NCBI GenBank assembly: GCA_045536565.1
Contig: JAZSNU010000017.1
Coordinates: forward strand, 34,141 to 98,140
Source of the DNA: Clostridia bacterium
GTDB taxonomy: Bacteria > Bacillota > Clostridia > TANB77 > CAG-465
Length of the DNA: 64,000 bases
Direction: 5' to 3'
Below the pieces are notes generated by a model, which made no database searches, was not told where the DNA came from, and saw only the letters and a program-made list of their open reading frames with translations. Made by a program: the position numbers and the translations under genes. Positions 21,387-30,777 of this stretch are shown here, piece after piece. Numbering within the stretch: the first letter of the stretch is position 1; every line of letters begins with the position of its first letter.

Positions 21387-21504
21387 ATAAGATATAAAAA
21401 AAAATGAGGTAATTACAACCTAAGTAAAACTTTAATTAAATGATTATAATGTAAAATTAAATAAAAAGAATTTTTACATATTTGAGTGAAATGAGATGTG
21501 AGTT

Positions 21505-22191
21505 ATGAAAGAACAAAAATTTAAAGAATTAATAAATAAATTAGGAACTTGTAATAAATGCACGAATTTAAAATGCAAGGATAAATCATTGATTAATATT
21601 TTTGAAGACAATAATTTCTGTACTAATATACCATCTATTTGGACAGATTGGTTAAATAGATTAGATTCTAAAATAATAATTATTGGGCAAGATTGGGGTC
21701 CACATAATGATATGAAAAAGTTAAACGAAATGCTTTATAGTGATAAAAGTAATTGGAATGAATTGATTGAATTTGAGAAAAGTAACACAAAAAAATTACT
21801 TGATTATTATATTGACGAATCTTCCAGTAATAAGTATAATCTTAATGATATTTTTATTACTAATGCTATAATGTGTGCAAGACAAGGAAATAATTATAGA
21901 GGTAATAATATCGATTTGAAAAAATCCACTTTGAATTGCGGTGAATATTTATTAGAACAAATTGAAATTGTAAAACCAAAAGTTATATTGACTTTAGGAT
22001 ATTATCCGTTATTATCATTATCAAATACATTTAATTTTAAAATAGATAAAACATTAAAAGAGACTATTTTAAATTATCCCGAGATAAAGATTAAAAATTA
22101 TGTCATAATTCCTTTATATCATCCTGTTGCTCAAATAAAAAAAGCTGAGCAATTGGAACAGTATAAAAGAATATGGAAATATATAGATTAA
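21505..22191 (+). CDS. Uracil-DNA glycosylase superfamily protein
   Basis: CxxC N-terminus, IIIGQDWG, TNAIMC, VKPKVILTLG and YHP motifs. Confidence 0.82.
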   Translation: MKEQKFKELINKLGTCNKCTNLKCKDKSLINIFEDNNFCTNIPSIWTDWLNRLDSKIIIIGQDWGPHNDMKKLNEMLYSDKSNWNELIEFEKSNTKKLLDYYIDESSSNKYNLNDIFITNAIMCARQGNNYRGNNIDLKKSTLNCGEYLLEQIEIVKPKVILTLGYYPLLSLSNTFNFKIDKTLKETILNYPEIKIKNYVIIPLYHPVAQIKKAEQLEQYKRIWKYID

Positions 22192-22195
22192 GGAA

Positions 22196-23092
22196 GTGAT
22201 AAAAATGAGTAACGAAGAGAAAGGTTTTGCGAAGTCGAACATTAACTGGTTTCCAGGACACATGGTAAAAACCATTAATGATATGAAAGCAAATATTAAA
22301 TTAATTGATATAGTATGTGTAGTATTAGACAGTAGAATACCAGACAGTTCAAGAAACAATATTATATTTGATATAGCCAAAGACAAGCCAGTAATAATTG
22401 TATTAAATAAATATGATTTAGCAGATACTGAAAAACTAGGTGAAAAGATTAATGAGTATAAAGAAAAAGGATACGAAGTAGTTTTAACTAATGCAAACCT
22501 TGGACAAGGTATAAGTGAACTAGTAAATAAAATAATAGAGGTAGGAAAAAAGACTAAGTATTCAAATAAAACAAGTGAAGAATATAGTAAAATGACACCT
22601 GTATACAGAGTTTTAATATCTGGTATACCTAATGTTGGTAAATCAACTTTAATAAACAAACTTGCAGGCAAAAAAGCAGCAAATGTTGGTAATAAACCAG
22701 GTGTAACAAGAAGTAAACAATGGATAAGAATAGATAATAATATAGATTTATTGGATACACCAGGAATATTATGGCCTAAACTAGATGAAAATGACGCAGG
22801 CATGAAACTCGCATTAACTGGAAATATTAAAGAGGAAATATTAGATTTAGAAGAATTAGCCTTTTATTTTATAAAATACATTCGACAAAATCCTAAATAT
22901 TTAAATTACTTAATTACAAGATATAATTTAGAAGAAGATATAGCTGAGCTAGAAGATTATGAAGTATTTGAAATGATTGGTGCTAAAAGAGGTGCATATA
23001 TAAAAGGCGGAGAGATTGACTATAATAAAACGGCTAAAATAATAGTTGATGAATTTAAGGCAGGAATAATAGGTAAAATTAATTTGGAATAA
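22196..23092 (+). CDS. rbgA: Ribosome biogenesis GTPase RbgA/YlqF
   Basis: INWFPGHM, NKYD, GIPNVGKS and DTPG motifs. Confidence 0.96.
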   Translation: MIKMSNEEKGFAKSNINWFPGHMVKTINDMKANIKLIDIVCVVLDSRIPDSSRNNIIFDIAKDKPVIIVLNKYDLADTEKLGEKINEYKEKGYEVVLTNANLGQGISELVNKIIEVGKKTKYSNKTSEEYSKMTPVYRVLISGIPNVGKSTLINKLAGKKAANVGNKPGVTRSKQWIRIDNNIDLLDTPGILWPKLDENDAGMKLALTGNIKEEILDLEELAFYFIKYIRQNPKYLNYLITRYNLEEDIAELEDYEVFEMIGAKRGAYIKGGEIDYNKTAKIIVDEFKAGIIGKINLE

Positions 23093-23104
23093 GAGGTATG
23101 TATA

Positions 23105-26100
23105 ATGGGTAAAACTGTTAAGCTTACAAAAGAACAACAGCAAGTAATAGATGTAAGAGATAGAGATGTATTAGTTGCTGCTTCTGCTGGAAGTGGTAAA
23201 ACTTTTGTAGTAGTAGAAAGAATAGTAAATCGAGTTATAAACGATAATATAGATATTGATAAAATACTGGTAGTTACATTTACTAATGCTGCTGCTGCCG
23301 AATTAAAAGAAAGAATAGTAAATAGGTTTTATGACTCTTTAAAAGATAAGGATATAAATGAAGATACAAAAAGACATGTACAAAAACAACTTACTTTAAT
23401 TAACAGAGCACAAATATCTACAATACATTCTTTTTGCCTTAATGTAATTAAAAGTAACTTCTTTTTACTTAATATTGATCCTAATGTAAAAACATTGGAC
23501 GAAAATAAAGCAAAACTTTTGCTTTTAGAAAGCATAAATGAAGTTATTGAAGAGGAATATGAATTAAAAACAGAAATATTTTCTAAAATATTAGAAATAT
23601 ACAAATCAGAGGAATTTGTTATAAATTCACTAGAAAAGTTATATAATTTTTCAAGAACAATGGTAGATTCAAAAAAATGGTTAGAAGATTCACTAAACAA
23701 ATACAGTATAGAAGGTGTAAAAGATTTATCTGAAACAGATTTTGGAACTCAAATTATAACAATGATTATGGAGAAAGCAGAACTATTAGAAAATGAATTG
23801 ACTAGTATATGCGATAAAATTAGAGGAGATAGTGATTTTCAAAGCAGGTTAGATATATTAGAAGGTATTAAAGAAAATGTTGAAAGCATAAAACACTTAA
23901 ATAAATATGATGATATATATTCTAACATAAGAAGTATATTACCACTTTCAAGATTACCAAGTAGTAGGTGTGTAAACGAAGAATTAAAAAATGAAGTATC
24001 AAATGTTAAAAAAAAGATTGCTAGTGAATTAGAAGATATATCAAAAATTGCATATTTAGATACTGAAAACATATTAAAAGAGCTAAATTCAATGCATGAA
24101 ATTTTAAATTGGTATGTAAATAGCACATTTAAAATAGATGAGGTTTATTCTAACAAGAAAAAATTATTGGGTCAGATTGATTTTAATGATTATGAACATT
24201 TAGCACTCAAAATTTTATCAAACGAAGATGTAAGCAAAGTATATATGGAAAAATTTGAAGAAATATATATTGATGAATATCAAGATACATCATATATACA
24301 AGAAACTATAATTAGTAAAATAGCTAAAAATAATAGAGTAATGGTTGGAGATGTTAAGCAAAGTATATATAGTTTTAGAAGTGCAGAGCCTAAACTATTT
24401 AACGAAAAATATGTAAGTTATAAAAAATATGAAGAAGAGGATAAAGAGGTATGTGATGCTAAAATCCTTCTATCTAAAAATTTTAGAAGTAGAAAAGAAG
24501 TATTAGATAGCATCAATTATATATTTTCAAAAATAATGTCCGAAAAAATAGGAGAATGTAATTATTCTAATGATGAGTTTTTGGTTTATGGTGATGGTTA
24601 TGATTTAGAAAAAGAAATAAATCATGATACTGAAATAAATATAGTAGAAACGAAGGAAGAAGAATTTGGCGAAGATGATGTATTAAAAGAGGTAGAAGAA
24701 ATTACTGATACTCAAAAAGAGGCATGTGAAGTAGCACATAAAATAGAGGATATAATAAAAAATGGATATGAAATATATGATTTAAAAAAGAAAGAATATA
24801 GAAAAGCACAGTACAAAGATATAGTTATATTAATGAGGTCTGTATCTGGCAAGGCAAGTATATATGAAGATGCATTAAAATCAATAAATATTCCAGTATT
24901 TTGTGATACTTCTGAGGGCTTCTATAACGGTGAAGAGGTAGGAATAATATTATCGTTATTAAAAGTTTTAGATAATAGTTATGACGACATTTCGCTTGTG
25001 TCTGTAATGTACAGTATTATTGGTGATTTTACACCAGACGATATTATGTATATACGAAATTATGATAAGAGAGCATATTTTTATGAAGCTATCAAGAAAG
25101 CATATCTAGATGAAAATAATAAGGATAAGGAAATATATACAAAAATTAATGATTTATTTAAAATTCTAGATAAATTCTCTGTATATTTAAATACATACTC
25201 ACTTGCTGAAACTATTTTAAAAATATATGAAGAAACAGGTATATATTATTCCTTTTATTTAGAGGAATTGGGAACACAAAAATGTGCTAACTTAGATAGA
25301 TTAGTAGAAGTTGCAAGAAATTTTGAAAAAGAAGAAAAATCATCTCTTCACGAGTTTATAAATTACATAGAAAATATGAAAGAAAGTAAAGCTAAAGGGA
25401 CAGATACACCTAAACTTTTAGGAGAAGGTGAAAATGTTGTTAGGATATTAACCGTTCATAAAAGTAAAGGTTTAGAGTATCCTATTGTATTTTTAGTAAA
25501 TTGTTCTAAAAAATACAATACTATGGATACGGCAGATAGCATGTTATTTGATAAAGAATTTGGTATTGGACTAGATATATTTAATACGGATATTGGAATA
25601 TCATATGCTTCAATTATAAAACAGGCTATAAAAGAAAAAATAAAAATTAGAACTTTGTCAGAGGAAGAAAGATTGTTGTATGTTGCTATGACAAGAGCAA
25701 AAGAAAAACTATATATATATGGAACGGTTAAGGATTATTCTAAATTTATAGATAAACTTATGCAAAATTCAGATAAAATATCACCGGTTTTAGTTAAAGA
25801 ATGTAATAACTATTTAAAAGTTATTATGCTTGCTTTAAATTCAAAGGCAACTGATAAAATAGATAATTTTAAAATAAATGTCATAAACGGTAAAGAAATC
25901 AGCAACAAGGATAATGTGTCAAATACAACTAAAATAGATAGAAGTATCAGTATCAAAGAAAAGTTTATAAACGCATGTAAAGAAAAAGAAATTACAGAGA
26001 GTAAAATAAACTTGAGCTTTGAAGAAAAATATAATTATTTGGATAATTTAAATATTAAGAAAAAATATAGCGTAACTGAAATAAAAGAACAAAATATGGC

Positions 26101-26686
26101 AGAGAACGAGGAGATATTTAGTCTTGATGATAGTATAAATCAAGGTTTGAATTTAGAAAATATAAAACCAAAATGCGTAGAAGATAAAATTTCAGCACTA
26201 AATTATGGAACTATAATTCATAGAATATTAGAAAAAATTGATTATAGCAAACTAGACAAAGAAAGTATAGATAAATGTATAGAAAGTGAAATCTCACAAA
26301 CAGAATTAAGTGTACATAGTATTAAAAATAAAATATATGGTTATCTAAATAGTGAAATAATTGATGAAATAAAAAATGCTGCTCTGGTGCAGAAAGAACA
26401 ACCTTTTGTAATATTTGATAAATTAGAGAATATCTATAATGCTAACTTTGAAGAAAAAACATATATTCAAGGAGTTATAGACCTTCTTATAACAACCAAA
26501 GATAACAAGAAAATAATTGTAGATTTTAAAACTGATAAAGTAGAAAATGAGCAAGAGTTAATAGATAGATATAGAGTGCAACTTGAAATATACAAAAAAG
26601 GTGTAGAGGTATCGTGTGGAGAGGAAGTTAAATCCATGTACATCTATTCTTTTAATTTAAATAAAGCAATAAAATTAGAAATATAA
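23105..26686 (+). CDS. addA: Helicase-nuclease AddA
   Basis: ASAGSGKT, DEYQD, TVHKSKGLEY, YVAMTRA and C-terminal QGVID..DFKTD nuclease motifs. Confidence 0.92.
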   Translation: MGKTVKLTKEQQQVIDVRDRDVLVAASAGSGKTFVVVERIVNRVINDNIDIDKILVVTFTNAAAAELKERIVNRFYDSLKDKDINEDTKRHVQKQLTLINRAQISTIHSFCLNVIKSNFFLLNIDPNVKTLDENKAKLLLLESINEVIEEEYELKTEIFSKILEIYKSEEFVINSLEKLYNFSRTMVDSKKWLEDSLNKYSIEGVKDLSETDFGTQIITMIMEKAELLENELTSICDKIRGDSDFQSRLDILEGIKENVESIKHLNKYDDIYSNIRSILPLSRLPSSRCVNEELKNEVSNVKKKIASELEDISKIAYLDTENILKELNSMHEILNWYVNSTFKIDEVYSNKKKLLGQIDFNDYEHLALKILSNEDVSKVYMEKFEEIYIDEYQDTSYIQETIISKIAKNNRVMVGDVKQSIYSFRSAEPKLFNEKYVSYKKYEEEDKEVCDAKILLSKNFRSRKEVLDSINYIFSKIMSEKIGECNYSNDEFLVYGDGYDLEKEINHDTEINIVETKEEEFGEDDVLKEVEEITDTQKEACEVAHKIEDIIKNGYEIYDLKKKEYRKAQYKDIVILMRSVSGKASIYEDALKSINIPVFCDTSEGFYNGEEVGIILSLLKVLDNSYDDISLVSVMYSIIGDFTPDDIMYIRNYDKRAYFYEAIKKAYLDENNKDKEIYTKINDLFKILDKFSVYLNTYSLAETILKIYEETGIYYSFYLEELGTQKCANLDRLVEVARNFEKEEKSSLHEFINYIENMKESKAKGTDTPKLLGEGENVVRILTVHKSKGLEYPIVFLVNCSKKYNTMDTADSMLFDKEFGIGLDIFNTDIGISYASIIKQAIKEKIKIRTLSEEERLLYVAMTRAKEKLYIYGTVKDYSKFIDKLMQNSDKISPVLVKECNNYLKVIMLALNSKATDKIDNFKINVINGKEISNKDNVSNTTKIDRSISIKEKFINACKEKEITESKINLSFEEKYNYLDNLNIKKKYSVTEIKEQNMAENEEIFSLDDSINQGLNLENIKPKCVEDKISALNYGTIIHRILEKIDYSKLDKESIDKCIESEISQTELSVHSIKNKIYGYLNSEIIDEIKNAALVQKEQPFVIFDKLENIYNANFEEKTYIQGVIDLLITTKDNKKIIVDFKTDKVENEQELIDRYRVQLEIYKKGVEVSCGEEVKSMYIYSFNLNKAIKLEI

Positions 26687-26788
26687 ATGTAACTTGTTTG
26701 TAAAAATTCAAACATACTTTGCCATTTTATTGAAATGTTGTTATCTTTATTATAGAATAAAAATAACGATGTAATTTGGAGTGATAGA

Positions 26789-27280
26789 ATGATTAAAAAT
26801 AATGGAAAAAGGGCAATAGCATTAATATCATTAGTTTTAGTAATATTAGTGCTTTTGATGATAACAGGATTAATTACTTATGTAAGTGTGGACATGATAG
26901 CAGAAGCAAAAAAAGTTGCTTTTTCAAAAGATATGACTACAATTTATGATTCTGTTCAAGAATATTATGCAGTAAATGGAGATATACCAGTTCTAGAAGG
27001 TGGTTATGAATTAAGTGCAGATGCGTATAGAAATAGTATAACAGAAGCAAGCCATAAAACTGCACTTAATACAGAAATAATAAATAACGGGGACGAAGCA
27101 GCTACCTTTTATGAAATTGATATGAGTAAATTAGGAATAGAAGAAATGAGTTATGGAGTGAAAAAAACTGCTACTGATGTATTTTTAGTTTCAAATGTTT
27201 CACAAAATATATATTATTATCAAGGAAGAGAATTTAATAACAATATTCATTTTTCGAATTCTTATATTTTAGAAAAATAA
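26789..27280 (+). CDS. Type IV pilin-like protein
   Basis: Basic leader, 'KRA/IALISLV' and hydrophobic helix; core shared with the next two genes. Confidence 0.7.
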   Translation: MIKNNGKRAIALISLVLVILVLLMITGLITYVSVDMIAEAKKVAFSKDMTTIYDSVQEYYAVNGDIPVLEGGYELSADAYRNSITEASHKTALNTEIINNGDEAATFYEIDMSKLGIEEMSYGVKKTATDVFLVSNVSQNIYYYQGREFNNNIHFSNSYILEK

Positions 27281-27297
27281 TATTTAGGGAGGTTTTT

Positions 27298-28470
27298 ATG
27301 AATAACAAAAAGGGAATATCACTAGTTATGCTAGTTATTACTATTTTGGTAATGCTGATTTTAGCGTCTGTTATAGCATTTATCACTGCTGATTCTGTAA
27401 CAAACGCAAAGTTAGCCGCTTTTGCAACTGATTTAACATCAATTGAGGATACAATTGATGAATATTATTTAAATAATAATTATTTACCTATTATAGAGGG
27501 AGTTACATATAGTAAATCATTAGTAGTATCTTTAATATCGCAAAATTCTGATGTGCTGGCAAGTGAAATTGCTGAAAATGGTGATGATGATGCCGTCTTT
27601 TATAGAGTTGATATGTCAAAATTACCAATTAAATATTCAACTCGTGGAAAAGAGGCAAACGGAGATGCTACTGATATATATCTAGTATCAAGTAAAAACT
27701 TCAATCTATATTATTTAAAAGGTGTGGAAATATCAGGAGAATGGTATTTTTCGCTTACAGAAAAGTTAACTGGTAAGACTAAAATTAAGAGTAGTACATC
27801 AAATGACACATCAAATATAACTATGACTACTACATCTGGAATTAAACTTACTAAAAATACAACTGATTGGACAAATGAGTTAACAGTTAACATACAAACA
27901 ACATTAAAAACAAATGAAACTATTGAGTATTTTGTAGCAGAAATAGCAGCAGGTACATCAACAACTAGTCCAGTAAGTGTTAATGTGACTGATATATTAA
28001 ATAATAACGAAACAATCAGAAATGCTTTTAATACAAGCGAAACTAATAAAGTATTAAAAGTTAATAAATATGATACAACAAGTGGTTCTAATGTGCTTAT
28101 TGCAACAACTGAAATTAAACTTGCTAACCTTGATATATTAGCACCATCTGTTATAGAAACATCTAATATTACATACAGTGAATATACTGATTTTATACTT
28201 GCTACATTAACAGGAGTAACTGATTTAGGCTCAAGCGGAATAAAAGAAGCAAGAGTGCTTTATACAAAAAAATTAGATGACAGTAATAATGAAGTGGCAT
28301 ATTATGAATATTTACCTGCTGAGATAACAGCAGAGTATGTAAAAAATACAGGTAAAACATCAGCATTTAATATGATTAGACTTCCAAAAGATGTTGTTTC
28401 ATATGTTTTGGTATTTATAGACAATGCTGGAAATATATCTACACCTACTACATATACGGTTAATTATTAA
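27298..28470 (+). CDS. Type IV pilin-like protein with Thr-rich C-terminal domains
   Basis: 'KKG/ISLVMLVITILVMLILA' prepilin-like N-terminus. Confidence 0.78.
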   Translation: MNNKKGISLVMLVITILVMLILASVIAFITADSVTNAKLAAFATDLTSIEDTIDEYYLNNNYLPIIEGVTYSKSLVVSLISQNSDVLASEIAENGDDDAVFYRVDMSKLPIKYSTRGKEANGDATDIYLVSSKNFNLYYLKGVEISGEWYFSLTEKLTGKTKIKSSTSNDTSNITMTTTSGIKLTKNTTDWTNELTVNIQTTLKTNETIEYFVAEIAAGTSTTSPVSVNVTDILNNNETIRNAFNTSETNKVLKVNKYDTTSGSNVLIATTEIKLANLDILAPSVIETSNITYSEYTDFILATLTGVTDLGSSGIKEARVLYTKKLDDSNNEVAYYEYLPAEITAEYVKNTGKTSAFNMIRLPKDVVSYVLVFIDNAGNISTPTTYTVNY

Positions 28471-28485
28471 TAACGGAGGAGTTTT

Positions 28486-29271
28486 ATGAGAAAAGGTATT
28501 ACAGCGGTGAGTGTATCTATTATGGTTGTTATTATGCTTATTTTAGCAGGAACTGTGTCAATAACTTCATATAATAGTATTCAAAGCGCAAACAAAATAA
28601 CATTTGCACTAGAACTTTCAGAAATTCAAGAACAAGTTACTAGATACTATAAAGATTCTGAATTGGGAGGGTATCCAATTAGTGATAATGTTTATACAGT
28701 AAATTTGGCTAATGTAACTACTAGTTCGCTTACTCAATTTGATAAAGAAAATATAAACTCAAATAATGAAATAACTTTATACGAGTTAGACCTTACAAGT
28801 ATTGGAGTTACAGATACTAAGTATGGCACTAAAAAAACAGATAAAGATGTTTTTGCAGTTTCAACACAAACAGGCAGAGTATATTACTTAGAAGGATTAA
28901 AATATAACGGGAAAACATATTATACAATCACTAACGATTTAATAGATATAGACCAAAGAAATGAAAATGTATCAGATGAGGAAAAAGAATTAATACCACC
29001 AGTGATAACTACTGATGGTATTGTAACAAAAACTTTATCATCAGGAGAAAAAGAAATATATGTATCTAATATAAAGGTAACAGGCGATGATATACAATAT
29101 GTAAAATATGAGCTAGGAGAAATTCCAGAAGAAAATGCAGTAGAATATTTTAGAAGTAATGGAAATACTTTTAATTCTGATAGAATTAGATTAAAAGAGT
29201 TAACAACAATAACTATATATGCACAAAACAGTCAAGGAGAATATGACATTGTGTATGTACAAAATAATTAA
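28486..29271 (+). CDS. Type IV pilin-like protein
   Basis: 'RKG/ITAVSVSIMVVIMLILAG' prepilin-like N-terminus. Confidence 0.75.
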   Translation: MRKGITAVSVSIMVVIMLILAGTVSITSYNSIQSANKITFALELSEIQEQVTRYYKDSELGGYPISDNVYTVNLANVTTSSLTQFDKENINSNNEITLYELDLTSIGVTDTKYGTKKTDKDVFAVSTQTGRVYYLEGLKYNGKTYYTITNDLIDIDQRNENVSDEEKELIPPVITTDGIVTKTLSSGEKEIYVSNIKVTGDDIQYVKYELGEIPEENAVEYFRSNGNTFNSDRIRLKELTTITIYAQNSQGEYDIVYVQNN

Positions 29272-29313
29272 GTAAAAACATATATTAAGATAATATATAA
29301 TTAAGGGGGAATT

Positions 29314-29805
29314 ATGAAAAGAGCAGAATACATATCATGGGATGAATATTTTATGGGTGTTGCGTTACTTGCAGCAATGCGTTCAAAAGATCCTAATACA
29401 CAAGTTGGAGCATGTATTGTAGATAGTGAAAATAGAATATTATCTACTGGATATAATGGATTTCCTAGTGGATGCTCAGATGATGAGTTTCCATGGGAAA
29501 GAGAAGGTACATTTTCGGAAACAAAATATCCTTTTGTTGTCCATGCGGAACTTAACGCTATATTAAATGCTCGCGGTAAAAATTTAACGGGTGCCAAAAT
29601 ATATGTAGCGTTATTTCCTTGTAATGAATGTGCAAAAGCAATAATCCAAAGTGGGATAAAGGAAATTATTTACCTTTCAGATAAATACGCTACTGCTGAT
29701 AATACAATTGCTTCTAAAAGAATGCTTAAAGCAGCAAGAATAAAGTTTAAACAGTTAGAACCTTGTTCTGATTCATTAACTATAAATTTTAATACTAACG
29801 ATTAA
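29314..29805 (+). CDS. dCMP deaminase (ComEB family)
   Basis: RSKDP.TQVGA, HAELNA and PCNEC motifs. Confidence 0.93.
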   Translation: MKRAEYISWDEYFMGVALLAAMRSKDPNTQVGACIVDSENRILSTGYNGFPSGCSDDEFPWEREGTFSETKYPFVVHAELNAILNARGKNLTGAKIYVALFPCNECAKAIIQSGIKEIIYLSDKYATADNTIASKRMLKAARIKFKQLEPCSDSLTINFNTND

Positions 29806-29887
29806 ATAAATGTATAAATAAGAATAAGCAATATTGAACAAAGCACATAATAATGATATAATGTAAATATATTAGGAGGAATAAAAA

Positions 29888-30337
29888 ATGAGCGAAAAAA
29901 CTAAAAAAATACAAGATAATGAAGTTGTACTTGAACAAGGAACAAAAATAGAAAATGAAGGCATGAATGTAGAAATTGCTAACAACCTTACAATATCAGA
30001 AGATGTTATAGGAATTATAGCAGGAATTGCAGCAGCAGAAGTTGAAGGTGTTTCAGGTATGACACTTGGACTTGTAGATGGAATTAATCAAATATTAGGT
30101 AGTAATAAAAAATACTCAAAAGGTGTTAAAATTGAACTAGATGGAAACAATGTTGTAATTGATTTATATGTAATAGTAAGATATGGAGTAAGAATTCCAG
30201 ATGTTGCATTTTCAATTCAAAACTCTGTTAAGTCACAGGTTGAAACTATGACAGGACTTAATGTTGAATCAGTAAACATTAATGTTCAAGGTGTAACTTT
30301 TGATAAAGTTTCAAAAAAGATTGATGAAGAAGAATAA
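29888..30337 (+). CDS. Asp23/Gls24 envelope stress family protein (YqhY-like)
   Basis: 'ISEDVIGIIAG...EVEGV' and 'VETMTGL.V..VNINVQG' motifs. Confidence 0.92.
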   Translation: MSEKTKKIQDNEVVLEQGTKIENEGMNVEIANNLTISEDVIGIIAGIAAAEVEGVSGMTLGLVDGINQILGSNKKYSKGVKIELDGNNVVIDLYVIVRYGVRIPDVAFSIQNSVKSQVETMTGLNVESVNINVQGVTFDKVSKKIDEEE

Positions 30338-30371
30338 AATGTTACATTATTGTTACAAATATAAAAAATAA

Positions 30372-30400
30372 TTGAATAAAAAAATAATATATTGTAAAAT
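30372..30400 (+). promoter_or_regulatory. SigA-type promoter for the CA-repeat mini-ORF element
   Basis: TTGAAT-17-TAAAAT. Confidence 0.55.
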
Positions 30401-30439
30401 AAAGCCATAAAAAAGAAAAAATAAGAGGTGAATTTAAAT

Positions 30440-30499
30440 ATGTCAACTAAAATGGGTGCAAATAGCAATATACTACACACACATACACGGAGAATCTAG
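30440..30499 (+). CDS. Putative leader peptide MSTKMGANSNILHTHTRRI (extends to 30578 if shifted +1 at CGG)
   Basis: GAGGTG RBS 9 nt upstream of ATG; contains CA-dinucleotide tract and in-frame CGG at 30488. Confidence 0.45.
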   Translation: MSTKMGANSNILHTHTRRI

Positions 30500-30777
30500 A
30501 AATAGTCTAGGTTTAGTTGACACATCTCATAATAATATATTAGAAACAATAAAAGTTAATTTATATCAAAGGATGTAGACTAGCTTTTTTGCGCTAAAAA
30601 GGTATAAACACTTAATAAAAGTGATTATATATACAAATAATATGAGTATATTAGGACATAATATATAAATGAAAAATAAAAAATAATAAAATGCAATTAA
30701 AAATGATTGCAAAAAGTTATATTATATGAAATAATATATTTGTATTAAATTTATGAAAGAAGGAGAGGAAAGATATT

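Noticed and set aside
30286-30480. Minus-strand 64-aa ORF, considered as rpmB given the asp23/recG context
   Set aside because: No L28 similarity; low-complexity translation of AT-rich DNA
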